A stretch of 64,000 nucleotides of DNA, from assembly GCA_004195715.1 (NCBI GenBank), contig PSPX01000006.1, positions 9,524 to 73,523 of the forward strand, written 5' to 3'. This document shows positions 39,715 through 49,660 of the stretch, piece by piece. The number at the start of each line of letters is the position of its first letter. Within the stretch, counting starts at the first letter, position 1. A program made the position numbers and the translations under genes. A model generated the notes under the pieces. The model was not told where the DNA came from. It saw only the letters and a list, made by a program, of their open reading frames with translations, and ran no database searches. Source of the DNA: Methanobacteriota archaeon (GTDB lineage Archaea > Thermoplasmatota > Poseidoniia > Poseidoniales > Thalassarchaeaceae).

Positions 39715-39840
39715 ATGGCTTCGCGCGCCCCCTCGCCCGCGCGCGCGTTGGACAGTACTCAGACTACTCATGTTTATACGGAGTTCATCGGGGCACACGA
39801 AAACGAGGTCAAGCTGGTCTTCGATGACATAGCTGACTAG
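39715..39840 (+). CDS. possible small ORF (41 aa) coupled tag-ATG to the preceding gene and ending 10 nt before topA
   Basis: Hand translation gives MASRAPSPARALDSTQTTHVYTEFIGAHENEVKLVFDDIAD. It is below the track cutoff. A GC-rich hairpin lies inside it. Confidence 0.2.
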   Translation: MASRAPSPARALDSTQTTHVYTEFIGAHENEVKLVFDDIAD

Positions 39841-39850
39841 AGGCGATACT

Positions 39851-42121
39851 GTGCGACTAATGATTCTCGAATCTGGTGCGAAAGCACGAACGGTAAACAA
39901 GTACCTCGGTAAAGGTTGGATTGTAGAGGCTTGTAACGGGCACGTCCAAGACCTTCCATCCGGCAAGGGCAAGGGCCGATCAAAGGCCATGTGGGCCTCC
40001 AATAACGGTAACCTTCCAGAACCTCCCTGGGATTGGACTGATGGTGCGGAGAAAGTAATCAACAAGATTCTGGACAAGGCTACGCGGAAGGGTGTAGATG
40101 AGGTTTACATAGCAACTGATCCAGACAGAGAAGGCGAGTTCATCGCATGGAGACTAAGCATTCTGTTCTCTAACTTCCCTGTGGTCAAGCGAGTCACGTT
40201 CAATGAGATCACAAAAACTGCGGTGAACGAAGCAATTCAGGAATCAGGGGAAATCGATGCGGATTTGGTCGATGCTGCCAAAGTTCGCCGATTCATGGAC
40301 CGATTGGTCGGATTTCGGTGCTCGCGATTCTGTAGATCATGGAGGCTGGCCTCGATGGGCAGGGTCCAGACTCCGACATTGGGTTTCATCGTAGAAAGGG
40401 AGATCGAGAGAGAGGCTCATGTGCCAATTGAGTATCATAGCGTCCACGTTGATTCTGACAAAGTTCGCTTCAACGTCAGATTCCACGAGAAGAATGATGA
40501 AGATGCGTGGACTGATGATTCAGGGAAGCACCGCGCCGACAGAACTGCCGATTCTGGATTGGCCAAGGATGCTTTTGATGCCCTCGAGAATGCCAAAGCC
40601 ATCCGTATCGTCTCAGTGAAAGAAGGTAAGACAAACCGCAAACCGCAACCACCGTTCACAACTGCTACGCTTCTGCAAACCGCGAGTTCCACCCTCGGAT
40701 GGTCTGTAGCGAAAACCAGTAAAATGGCATCCACCCTATACCAATTGGGTCATGTGACATACATCAGAACAGATTCCACCCGAACCAATTCAGAGGCGCG
40801 CGAAAAAGTGAGGAAGTATATCAAGAGTGAATTTGGAGATGATCATCTGGGCTCTGGCGTGCTAGGTCCCGATGCCAAGAAAGGAGCTTCCAACGTACAG
40901 GACGCTCACGAAGCCATCAGACCAACCCGCCCTGAGAAGACTGATGTCGATGCCAATGCGGACGAGTGTCGTCTGTATGGTTTGATTTGGGCGAGGTTTG
41001 CCGCCAGTCAAATGTCGCCCTCGATTAGGGAGAGAAGAGACATGCGGGCTACTGTGGACGATTTGAAGAAGCCATTGACAGCCTCGGCCTCTTGGAGGAT
41101 TCATGCCGGATGGGAGGCGGTGTACGCGAAGTACCACGGCGATGTTAGGACAAGCCCTCCAAAATACGCATTAGAAGAAGAAGGCGAATGGAACATCTCG
41201 AAGTCCGAAGAGAACCCGCTGATGGTGACGGATGAGACCAAACCGCCGAAGCGGTTCTCTGAGAGTTCAATCGTCCAAGCAATGAAGAAAGCGGAAATTG
41301 GCCGTCCGTCGACGTATGTAAGTACAGTTTCGAATCTCTCTACAAAAAAATACATCAAAGTCGAAGGGAGTTCGCTAATTCCTACTAAGGGGGGGCGCAT
41401 GCTGTGGTTAGATGTGGTGCCGTTCTACAACGAACAAGAAAACTCTGAGAAGCTATTCACACCTCTTTTCACTTCGAAAATGGAGGACAACCTAAATGGA
41501 ATCGAGCACGGCAGAATCAATGGACCGGAAGTCTGGACCGATTTCGTAGAAGAATTCAGATCGATGCACAGTAGGGCGCAGGATAAGAAGCGAGAGTTTC
41601 CCACGCCCAAGCAGATGGCACTCTTGGAGAGTCGGGTACCACATCTAAGCGATAAGCGGAGGTCCGAGTTACTATCAGGCAAGTCCCTCAGTGAGTTGAC
41701 AGGGGACGATGCGCGTAGTATCATCGAACAATTATTCGATTCCGAGGAGGATAATGGGCATTTGCCCCCCAGCGAGAAGCAGACTAATCTAATTGTGAAG
41801 TTATCCGATCAGGCAGGGCTGGAGCTGGATGTTACTCTAGAGAAAGTCGGTGTTGCAGACATATCGGAACTGACGGGAGGCAGGGAAGGCACCGCCAGTG
41901 AACTAATATCTCAGATGATTGAAAATAGTAAGAATCTGCCTGCGACACCCCCGCAGGTTGATTTTGTGAACAAGCTATCAGAACAATACAAAGTACCCTT
42001 GAGTGAGATACTGGCTATAGCCGGCCTGAAGGAGATTAGTGAGATGAGTAAGGCAGATGCCAGTATTATCATCAATGAGATGAAAAAGCGTTCGCGCCAA
42101 AGAGGAAGCAAGCGAAGTTGA
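39851..42121 (+). CDS. topA: DNA topoisomerase I (type IA) with three C-terminal tandem repeats
   Basis: Toprim 'MRLMILESGAKARTVNKYLG', the active-site region 'YQLGHVTYIRTDST', and a C-terminus of three repeats of about 45 aa rather than Zn ribbons. Confidence 0.85.
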   Translation: MRLMILESGAKARTVNKYLGKGWIVEACNGHVQDLPSGKGKGRSKAMWASNNGNLPEPPWDWTDGAEKVINKILDKATRKGVDEVYIATDPDREGEFIAWRLSILFSNFPVVKRVTFNEITKTAVNEAIQESGEIDADLVDAAKVRRFMDRLVGFRCSRFCRSWRLASMGRVQTPTLGFIVEREIEREAHVPIEYHSVHVDSDKVRFNVRFHEKNDEDAWTDDSGKHRADRTADSGLAKDAFDALENAKAIRIVSVKEGKTNRKPQPPFTTATLLQTASSTLGWSVAKTSKMASTLYQLGHVTYIRTDSTRTNSEAREKVRKYIKSEFGDDHLGSGVLGPDAKKGASNVQDAHEAIRPTRPEKTDVDANADECRLYGLIWARFAASQMSPSIRERRDMRATVDDLKKPLTASASWRIHAGWEAVYAKYHGDVRTSPPKYALEEEGEWNISKSEENPLMVTDETKPPKRFSESSIVQAMKKAEIGRPSTYVSTVSNLSTKKYIKVEGSSLIPTKGGRMLWLDVVPFYNEQENSEKLFTPLFTSKMEDNLNGIEHGRINGPEVWTDFVEEFRSMHSRAQDKKREFPTPKQMALLESRVPHLSDKRRSELLSGKSLSELTGDDARSIIEQLFDSEEDNGHLPPSEKQTNLIVKLSDQAGLELDVTLEKVGVADISELTGGREGTASELISQMIENSKNLPATPPQVDFVNKLSEQYKVPLSEILAIAGLKEISEMSKADASIIINEMKKRSRQRGSKRS
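41601..42110 (+). repeat. three tandem in-frame repeats of about 135-150 bp encoding the topA C-terminal domain
   Basis: The protein-level repeats are 'PTPKQMALLESRV...LSELTGDDARSIIEQL', 'PPSEKQTNLIVKLSDQAGL...ISELTGGREGTASELISQM' and 'PPQVDFVNKLSEQYKVPLSEILAIAGLKEISEMSKADASIIINEM'. Confidence 0.5.
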
Positions 42122-42159
42122 TGTTTGCACCACATCTTTGTGACAGCACTCAATAACAA

Positions 42160-43386
42160 ATGCCTGTAAGGGAGGGCGTGGACTCTATCGAGTACGATGT
42201 CGTAGTTGTCGGAGCCGGCCCGGTAGGGGGATTCCTAGCGCAGCGGATGTCTGAGGGAGGGGCAAGTGTACTACTCCTAGAAGAGCATGCGCAGATAGGC
42301 AGGCCGTTTCAGTGCGCTGGGCTCGTGAATCCTGAAACCATGAACCTGACAGGGCTGCAGAGCACAGTATTGACTCCAATCTGGGGAGCTAGGATTCACA
42401 GCCCATCTGGAATACCCGTTGTAATCGGTAACGAACAAGACATTCGAACATGGTCAGTTTGCCGCAAACTGTTCGACGAAGGTGTCGTGAGGGGGGCTGT
42501 GCAGTCCGGTGCCGAGATCTGGCTCTCCAGTAAGCCATTATCTGCAGATACTTACGAAGACCATGTACTACTTTCGGTATCTACTCCACAAGGGGATCAA
42601 ACAGTCAGATGCAGGTTACTGTGCGGAGCTGACGGAGCTCACTCCTGGGTACGTAGAAGGTTCAGAATGGGGCGCCCGAAGGAACTCATGATTGGTTTTC
42701 AAGTAGAGGTTACGGGGTACAAGGGAGAACCTGGTAGGTTGGATATGTACACCGGATCTGGTTTCTCCCCGGGTTTCTTCGCTTGGGCTATCCCGTCGGG
42801 AGAAACGACGAGGATTGGTACGTGGAGTAAGCCCGAAATGATGAGGGGAGAATCCTGCGAACATTTGCTTGACAGATTGAGGTCGGAGCCACTCTGGAGT
42901 GAACGTTTCTCAGAGTGCCGAGAAATTGGGAGATTTTGCGGACCTATTCCAAGTGGGCTGGTGAAAAGACCGATGATAGGAAGAGTAGTGCTATTCGGAG
43001 ATGCAGCGGGGCTGTGTAAACCCACTACTGGAGGAGGGATTGGCCCAGGTTTCAGACAGGTGGAGATGCTAGTCCCGAATCTTTTGGAGTGCTTGAACAG
43101 AGATGATTTCTCTGATGCTGCAGTGAAGGAAGTGATTAGTCTATTGAGCCCCCTCAGAAGAGAACAGAACAGAGCAAGGGCTCTACGAGAAGCTTTTCTT
43201 ACTGAGATGACAGATGAAGAATTAGATAGCGTGTTCGCTGTCTGGTCTCGTCCGGAAGTAACTGAACTGATTAATCAGATTGGAGACATCGAGCATCCGA
43301 TACCCCTAGGTATTCGAATGCTGAAAGAAGTACCTGAATTCAAATCCATCGCCAAGAGAGCTGCAAAGGCTGTATTGTGGGGTTGA
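42160..43386 (+). CDS. geranylgeranyl reductase-family FAD-dependent oxidoreductase
   Basis: Rossmann 'YDVVVVGAGPVGGFLAQRM', 'RLLCGADGAHSWVRR' and 'VLFGDAAGLCKPTTGGGI' are typical of GGR / digeranylgeranylglycerophospholipid reductase. Confidence 0.7.
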   Translation: MPVREGVDSIEYDVVVVGAGPVGGFLAQRMSEGGASVLLLEEHAQIGRPFQCAGLVNPETMNLTGLQSTVLTPIWGARIHSPSGIPVVIGNEQDIRTWSVCRKLFDEGVVRGAVQSGAEIWLSSKPLSADTYEDHVLLSVSTPQGDQTVRCRLLCGADGAHSWVRRRFRMGRPKELMIGFQVEVTGYKGEPGRLDMYTGSGFSPGFFAWAIPSGETTRIGTWSKPEMMRGESCEHLLDRLRSEPLWSERFSECREIGRFCGPIPSGLVKRPMIGRVVLFGDAAGLCKPTTGGGIGPGFRQVEMLVPNLLECLNRDDFSDAAVKEVISLLSPLRREQNRARALREAFLTEMTDEELDSVFAVWSRPEVTELINQIGDIEHPIPLGIRMLKEVPEFKSIAKRAAKAVLWG

Positions 43387-43389
43387 TTC

Positions 43390-44469
43390 GTGTATAGGTC
43401 ATTGCAGAGAATTAGGTATCCGCCGTTCGAGCATTCCCACATGGATCCACGAGCCGTACCCTTGATAGAAGTCATCGTGGAGTCTGAAAACCAGCCGCCA
43501 CCTTCCTTCAGAATAGGGCCGGATGACGACTGGATGGTCGAATGGAGGGGGTGCAAGTCTGACGACCACGAAATGCCCGAAATAACCTGCGAAGTGTCTC
43601 CCGAACCATTCCCGTTCCTGATGAAGACAAGGAATGGATGGTACATCGAACCTGATCCTCTACACAAGACGGCACGCCGGCTGATACGGCCAACTGTCAT
43701 GCTGTTGATTCTCGCTCTTCTCGCTCATTCCATGGAACCTGGGCTAGTCAGTCTGGGTCTGATATCAGAATCGTTCGCAGGCTCATACCGCATCGGTCCA
43801 CTAGACTACCCGAAACTTCTGTTAGTGGCATTCCCCGTTTTCATGATTCCAATCATCTTCAGAATGATTGCGAATCTACGTGACATTGGGCGCCAGAACG
43901 CCTACATCGCTTCGCCAATTAAATCGCCTAGAATGATCTTGGCCGTCAGCGGTTCAGAGGTCCGAGCTAGCAGGATAACCATGCCAGTTGACATGATGCC
44001 TATACGAGGTAGGCTGCAAGTAGGAATCGCAGTTCCTGAAAGAAGCAAGGTGCTAGAGGCACTACAGCGCTCAGAAGGAGAGCAGCCATCCCCTGGGATG
44101 TCGACGAGACTACCCGAGAGGAGGATTACAAGCGGAGAAGAACTCGGAACTGGAGTTGGGGAGGCTACTCCTATGCCTATTGCACACCCCCGGGTTCTCT
44201 TGCTTGAACCTATGAGGGTGCATGATCCCGGTGATTGGGTTGACCTAAGTGGAGGGGGCAGTGAGGTTTTGTTCAAGGGGCCTGCGAATCAATGGCCTGG
44301 CTCGGTTTACTCCGCTTTGATCGCTATCCATTGGGAGATTGTAATAGAGGCGATTAGAGATGATGGGACTAAAATGAAGTGGGTAAGCCAAGTAATCATA
44401 CCACCAAGAACTGGTCTTGAGTACATTCCGAAACTGCCAGTTAGGAGCGGCAGAACTGAATCAACCTAG
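43390..44469 (+). CDS. hypothetical membrane protein, probably co-transcribed with the reductase (4-nt gap)
   Basis: Two or three hydrophobic helices in the first half and a soluble C-terminal half. No family was recognised. Confidence 0.4.
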   Translation: MYRSLQRIRYPPFEHSHMDPRAVPLIEVIVESENQPPPSFRIGPDDDWMVEWRGCKSDDHEMPEITCEVSPEPFPFLMKTRNGWYIEPDPLHKTARRLIRPTVMLLILALLAHSMEPGLVSLGLISESFAGSYRIGPLDYPKLLLVAFPVFMIPIIFRMIANLRDIGRQNAYIASPIKSPRMILAVSGSEVRASRITMPVDMMPIRGRLQVGIAVPERSKVLEALQRSEGEQPSPGMSTRLPERRITSGEELGTGVGEATPMPIAHPRVLLLEPMRVHDPGDWVDLSGGGSEVLFKGPANQWPGSVYSALIAIHWEIVIEAIRDDGTKMKWVSQVIIPPRTGLEYIPKLPVRSGRTEST

Positions 44470-45564
44470 GCTGTCGGGCTGTATCGGGACCGGGCTTGCC
44501 AAGTCTTCACGAATAGACTCAGTTTCTAGCAACACGTAGTCTGAATCCCTCTTCCGAGGACGGAACCCAGCTCTGAGTATTATTCTCTGCAGCTCCCTCT
44601 CAGAGGCCTCCGTCTTCGTCGTACCAGAAGCCGAAACCACATTCTCCTCCATCATTGTGGAACCAGCATCATCGGCACCAGCCAGTAGGGCCATCTGCGC
44701 CACATCGAGACCCATTGTGGGCCACGACGCCTGAATGTGCTCTATGTTGTCGAAGAATAGTCTCGAGACAGCAACGTGCCTGAGGTATTCGGTGGGACCT
44801 GCCCCCAGAACTATCCTGTTGTGACCCCTGTTCTTCGAACCTAAGGAATTGTTCTCCAGCATGACAGGCCACGACACGAAGGATGTGAATCCTGTCCTGC
44901 CAGTTGATACAGCGTCGTCCTGCATACTTCTCACTCTGTCCATATGGAGTACTCGGTGAAAATTACTCTCGCCGAAACCGAAGACATTTGTGGCGGAAGT
45001 CGTCAGACCCAGTTCTTGTGCTTCGTGCATAACTCTAAGCCAGTTGTCCGCAGAACCTTTCTTCGGTGAGATATCCAGTCGTATATCGTCAACCAACATC
45101 TCAGCACCACCACCCGGGAGTCCGTGCATCCCTGCCTCCTTCAGAAGCATCAGCACCTGCTTAGTCGGAATCCCGCAGACCTCCGAAATACCTTCAATTT
45201 CGATGGGAGAGAAGCAATCCAGTGCTATGGATGGATGTCTCAAACTCATTTCGCGGATTAGTTCTGTGTACCACTCTAGGGGGAGTTCGGGATGCACACC
45301 ACCCTGCATCAGGACTCGTGAACCGCCTATGTCTTCCAATTCGGAAAGCCTATCGCTGATTTCGTCCGTAGACTGCGTGTAGGTTTCAGGGTGTCCGGGT
45401 GGCCTGTAGAAAGAGCAGAACTGGCAGTTGATGGTGCACACATTAGTGTAATTCACATTCCTATCTACGAGGTACGTCACCTCATTGCCAGGAACCTGGG
45501 ACCTCCTGCGCAACATCGCCGCGTGCATCAGTTCGTTGATATCAGCAGAATCGTACAGGATCAC
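44461..45564 (-). CDS. radical SAM enzyme of the CofH/MqnC/MqnE family (futalosine-pathway menaquinone or F0 synthase-type)
   Basis: 'VNYTNVCTINCQFCSFYR' CxxxCxxC cluster motif, in the sequence context typical of this subfamily. Confidence 0.6.
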   Translation of the reverse strand: MILYDSADINELMHAAMLRRRSQVPGNEVTYLVDRNVNYTNVCTINCQFCSFYRPPGHPETYTQSTDEISDRLSELEDIGGSRVLMQGGVHPELPLEWYTELIREMSLRHPSIALDCFSPIEIEGISEVCGIPTKQVLMLLKEAGMHGLPGGGAEMLVDDIRLDISPKKGSADNWLRVMHEAQELGLTTSATNVFGFGESNFHRVLHMDRVRSMQDDAVSTGRTGFTSFVSWPVMLENNSLGSKNRGHNRIVLGAGPTEYLRHVAVSRLFFDNIEHIQASWPTMGLDVAQMALLAGADDAGSTMMEENVVSASGTTKTEASERELQRIILRAGFRPRKRDSDYVLLETESIREDLASPVPIQPDSLG

Positions 45565-45640
45565 GGCATCATCGACACTCAGTCTCGGAGGATCCGCGGA
45601 CCCCTGAGACTGCAGAATAGTTCTCCAGTCGGACAGAATA

Positions 45641-46954
45641 TCACCCGTTATTGCCCACGAGTGCTTCTATTTCATCGATTGTCTTAGGGCAGTTCGATGT
45701 CAGTACTACTGGACCGTTGTCTGTAATCAGCACATTGTCCTCGATACGGACGCCTATTCCCGCATAACGGTCTGGAATTTCGATATCTGTCCTCCAACTT
45801 CCGAAGTATAGTCCTGGCTCAACAGTCACAACCATTCCCGGTTGCAATATTGGCCCCTCGTCTTTATCGCCTTGTCTACCACCTCCAACATCGTGAACGT
45901 CGAGACCAAGGAAATGTCCTGTTCCATGCATGAAGAAATTTCTGTAGGGGCCATTGAACTCCATATCGTCTCCAATAGCTTCCTCAACACTACAATCTAG
46001 AACCCCCAAATCAATCAGCCCTTGGGCTAGCACAGCTGAAGTGGCTCTGTGCATTGAAAGCCAAACTGAACCGGCTTGGCATGCCTCAATACCAGCCAAC
46101 TGTGCTTTCAGCACGAGTTCGTAAATCTCTCTTTGCTGGTCGCTGAATTTCCCGCTGACTGGCCATGTCCGGGTGATGTCGGAAGCATACCCGGAAACCT
46201 CGCACCCCGCATCCACCAAAACCAGTTCTCCATCAGAAATCTCATTGTCGTTGGAATTGTAATGCAAGATGGTCGCATTCTCACCCCCGCCTACGATTGA
46301 CTGGTAACTCCAACGGCTTTTGCAGGTAGTGAAGTGTGCCTCTATAATCGACTGAATCTGCCACTCACCGATTCCTGGGAATGTAGCTCGCATAGCGGCG
46401 ATTTGTGATGCGGAAGCGATATCTGCTGACTCCTGCATTAACCGAATCTCTTCCTTAGACTTCAACACCCGCATGTCATCTAGTATTGGAGTGGGGTCGG
46501 CTAACTCTGCCCCATCTGCTCTACCAATCAACTCGTCCAACTCGGGGTTGAGTCCCGGAATGCAATAGACAGAGGTGCAGGCATCGAGATGTGAGGTGAC
46601 GGAGTCGGCTATGTCCTCTAGTGAATGAGCCTGATCGACAGGCCATCCAGATACTGTACCTTCGACCCCTATCCTTTGGCCCTCCCATATCTCCGCCTTC
46701 GTATCACGCGGCTGGACGAATAGTGTGGTGACCCATTTTCCTCTCTCACGATGGGCCATTAGCACTGCTTCAGGGTCGCTCCAGCCGCAAAGGTACAGCA
46801 TGTAGGAATTAGCGCGGAATGGGAAAGCCGTGTCATTTGAGCGGAACACCACTGGATTGGTAGGTATCAGAACCAGAGAGTCCTCTGGCAACTGCCCTAG
46901 GAATGCAGACTGCCTAGAGGTGTATTCGGAATCAGATAAATCAGGTTTACTCAT
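45641..46954 (-). CDS. Xaa-Pro aminopeptidase (M24B, PepP-like)
   Basis: C-terminal pita-bread domain 'HGTGHFLGLDVHDVG' and 'EPGLYF' metal-ligand motifs, with an AMP_N-like N-terminus. Confidence 0.75.
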   Translation of the reverse strand: MSKPDLSDSEYTSRQSAFLGQLPEDSLVLIPTNPVVFRSNDTAFPFRANSYMLYLCGWSDPEAVLMAHRERGKWVTTLFVQPRDTKAEIWEGQRIGVEGTVSGWPVDQAHSLEDIADSVTSHLDACTSVYCIPGLNPELDELIGRADGAELADPTPILDDMRVLKSKEEIRLMQESADIASASQIAAMRATFPGIGEWQIQSIIEAHFTTCKSRWSYQSIVGGGENATILHYNSNDNEISDGELVLVDAGCEVSGYASDITRTWPVSGKFSDQQREIYELVLKAQLAGIEACQAGSVWLSMHRATSAVLAQGLIDLGVLDCSVEEAIGDDMEFNGPYRNFFMHGTGHFLGLDVHDVGGGRQGDKDEGPILQPGMVVTVEPGLYFGSWRTDIEIPDRYAGIGVRIEDNVLITDNGPVVLTSNCPKTIDEIEALVGNNG

Positions 46955-47015
46955 GCGCTCACCGCAGATTGTCGTCTAAAGGGATGTTATTATGCATGTG
47001 GGTATTAAATTCGAG

Positions 47016-48485
47016 TCATTCGTCGGGCTTCCACTTTGGTATAGAGGAAGAATCGTCAGAGGTTCTATACCTCAGCAGAATTGCAGATAGCATGAATAGA
47101 GTTGAAATTACCAGTACTATTAGTGAATACGGTAGGGGTTCGCTGGCCTCGGGATGAACAAGGAGGACAGAGATGCTATCGTAATCGTCGTCATCGTCAA
47201 TCACATCTAGAGTCAGGATTACTTCATCACCGGCACCAGAAGGCCATGATAGGGTTCTGATGCAGCCCTCGTAAACCGGTTGGTGGTCAATCTTCCATAC
47301 GCACCTCAACCCGACTTGATCGTTTTCAGAGTCCTCAGAGAGAGAGGCATCTAGCATCCATTCAGAGCCGGGGCTCAGTTTGATTCTGGTGCCATCTTCG
47401 ATTGGTAAATCGTCCAATGAAGCTATGGCCTTCGGAATAACATTCTGGATTGTGAATATCTTCACCATGGTGCTCGAAATTCCCCCAGCGTCGGTGACAG
47501 CCAGAGTCAGACTGTAATCTCCTGAACTTCCAGCGGAAATCGTCATCGTCCCCTTGTCCTGACCCATTACAATCTGTAGGGGGGTCTGCCCTGAGTGCGA
47601 CGGTTTTCGAAGAACCCACATGTAGTGCAATCCCTCCCTACCCCATACTGGGTCATCAGTTGCGCTGGCATCGAAGAATAAGTCGCCTGCTCCCTCCAAT
47701 GAGTAGTCGGGACCTTCGAGGGATATCAATGGTGCAAGGTTGTTGACCTGTATTGGGATACATTCCTGCGAATAGGTCACTCCGGATGGGTCATAATTCT
47801 CAGCATACAGTGAATGCCATCCATCAGTCAAACCGGAAATATTCAATGATTCCGAGAATTCTCCATCTGGAATTATGATAGAGAGGTGTGCTGACATATC
47901 CGAGTCTGCTTCTGTTGAGCAAGCATCGATAGAGCTGGAGGCTGACTTGGCGAATAACCTAAGTTCCGGAGTGGTCCATGTCATCGGATACATGCTCCAA
48001 CCTGACACGGAGATGAATCCATGGACCCAGTCTCCGGATTCAGGAGAGTCCACTATGATTGCAGACCTCGAGGTGTCGCCAAGGAACATCACTCTACTGG
48101 CCTCCCATGTATCCCCTGTTTCCGAATGTACGGTGATTGAAATATAGCAAGTGCAAGGAGAAATGGTCTCGGCATCAGAGTCATCGAGATTAATCGACCA
48201 AGCCCAGGATATTCTCGAACTCGATGTATTGATTACTTCCAGCGATGAGGTGATGTCGCCCCCCAAAGCACCGTCGGTCGGTTCGAGTCGCCATTGCACC
48301 TTAGTCGGTCTAACTTCGTCTTCGACAAATCCGGATATTACCAAAGACCCGTTAGAATAATGACCGTTCTCGAAATCAAAACCAATCAGAGGAATGTCGT
48401 CTGGTTGGTCCGCGGACGTGGTCGTGACCGCGGTGAAGAGTGATGCTACAACCAGCATTGCAACAAGGGCGAAGGGTGATCTCAC
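47016..48485 (-). CDS. secreted/cell-surface protein with an N-terminal signal peptide and a C-terminal membrane anchor
   Basis: 'MRSPFALVAMLVVASLFTAVTTTSA' signal, beta-rich repeats, and a C-terminal 'LIVLVISTLFMLSAILL' anchor. Confidence 0.45.
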   Translation of the reverse strand: MRSPFALVAMLVVASLFTAVTTTSADQPDDIPLIGFDFENGHYSNGSLVISGFVEDEVRPTKVQWRLEPTDGALGGDITSSLEVINTSSSRISWAWSINLDDSDAETISPCTCYISITVHSETGDTWEASRVMFLGDTSRSAIIVDSPESGDWVHGFISVSGWSMYPMTWTTPELRLFAKSASSSIDACSTEADSDMSAHLSIIIPDGEFSESLNISGLTDGWHSLYAENYDPSGVTYSQECIPIQVNNLAPLISLEGPDYSLEGAGDLFFDASATDDPVWGREGLHYMWVLRKPSHSGQTPLQIVMGQDKGTMTISAGSSGDYSLTLAVTDAGGISSTMVKIFTIQNVIPKAIASLDDLPIEDGTRIKLSPGSEWMLDASLSEDSENDQVGLRCVWKIDHQPVYEGCIRTLSWPSGAGDEVILTLDVIDDDDDYDSISVLLVHPEASEPLPYSLIVLVISTLFMLSAILLRYRTSDDSSSIPKWKPDE

Positions 48486-48535
48486 GAGTTATGGCCCGTG
48501 CCAACATGTAATGAATCTCATGGGTAGATGATGAA

Positions 48536-49585
48536 TCATCTATCAGAGATTCGGAGTTGCCATGCCAGTTCATCCAACCAGAGACCGAGTGTTGTACGAT
48601 TGACGAATTCATGACTGGCCTTGGCGGACAGTACGCATTCGCAAGCCGCTGCTGCGAGCGCGGCCGCATCCATTATCGAGAGGTTGTTGCCCAGTGCTGT
48701 TGCCAGTGCAGTGGCGGCAGCATCGTGCAGGCCTATTTGCTGGACTGGAGCAGTGGCCGCACATGGAATGTGCATCGGTTCCAAGCCAGCTTGGTATAGC
48801 GTCACCCCGTGAATGCCACCAAGCACGAGCATAGCGCCCCAACCATACTCCTCGATCAGATTCTTAGCTGCATCAGTGGAATCTGATGTCATCTGTCGAC
48901 GACTTAGCAGGTCCAGTCCCCGTTTCTCGAATAGGACCACGTCAGCGCCCCTGCTCCGATCAAGTCCGGACAGTTTTGGATCCATTATCACAGGGAGTTT
49001 TGCATCTCTTGCAGCGTCGATAAGAGATCTGGCGCCAATTGCATCTAGGACTCCTTTGTCATAATCAGATAGGACGATAGCGCAGCTATCCTCTAAGGAT
49101 GACATGGCTTGTTCTGTCAGCGATTCGCGAACGCTGTCAGGAAGGTCCTCGCGCGGCCCCCTGTCTGCTTGAAGCAATATCTGACTCTTGTCTAGAAGGC
49201 TCTCGCGGCTGCCATAGAATCGAATCTTTGTCAGAGTGCTGCGCTCCGGGACAACTACTATGCCGCTTGGATCGATTCCGTGCCCAGATAGTTTCTCAAT
49301 TATGACTCGCCCCTCCCTATCATCCCCCACACTGGAGTGCAGGCTGATTTGGAGGCCAAGGGAGTTCAGGCCCATCGCAATGTGAGCCGCTGCCCCTGGA
49401 GTCTCCTCGGACTGGAGAATCTTCAGGACGGGGACTGGGGCAGTGGAATCGAGGTTGTTGGCGTAACCATGATGGAATCTGTCCAGCATAACGTCTCCAA
49501 TCAGAGTTACCTTCAAGGAGCCGACGTCATCCAAAAGCATCCTCAGCCTCTTTAGGGTCGCAGCACGTTCCTCGGACACTTCCAT
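48536..49585 (-). CDS. PfkB-family carbohydrate kinase, RfaE domain-I-like
   Basis: 'VTLIGDVMLDRFHHGYANNLDSTAPVPVL' and 'VLSDYDKGVL' resemble the heptose-7-phosphate kinase / ribokinase fold. Confidence 0.5.
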   Translation of the reverse strand: MEVSEERAATLKRLRMLLDDVGSLKVTLIGDVMLDRFHHGYANNLDSTAPVPVLKILQSEETPGAAAHIAMGLNSLGLQISLHSSVGDDREGRVIIEKLSGHGIDPSGIVVVPERSTLTKIRFYGSRESLLDKSQILLQADRGPREDLPDSVRESLTEQAMSSLEDSCAIVLSDYDKGVLDAIGARSLIDAARDAKLPVIMDPKLSGLDRSRGADVVLFEKRGLDLLSRRQMTSDSTDAAKNLIEEYGWGAMLVLGGIHGVTLYQAGLEPMHIPCAATAPVQQIGLHDAAATALATALGNNLSIMDAAALAAAACECVLSAKASHEFVNRTTLGLWLDELAWQLRISDR

Positions 49586-49660
49586 TGGTTGTGCGTGCCG
49601 ATGGATGTGAATGATGTTTGCTAACCGGCGAACTCAAGTCGGGAACCTTCTCGTCGTAAC

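Noticed and set aside
39700-40077. A 125-aa minus-strand ORF overlapping the topA start.
   Set aside because: It overlaps the strongly supported Toprim N-terminus of topA and has no recognisable features.
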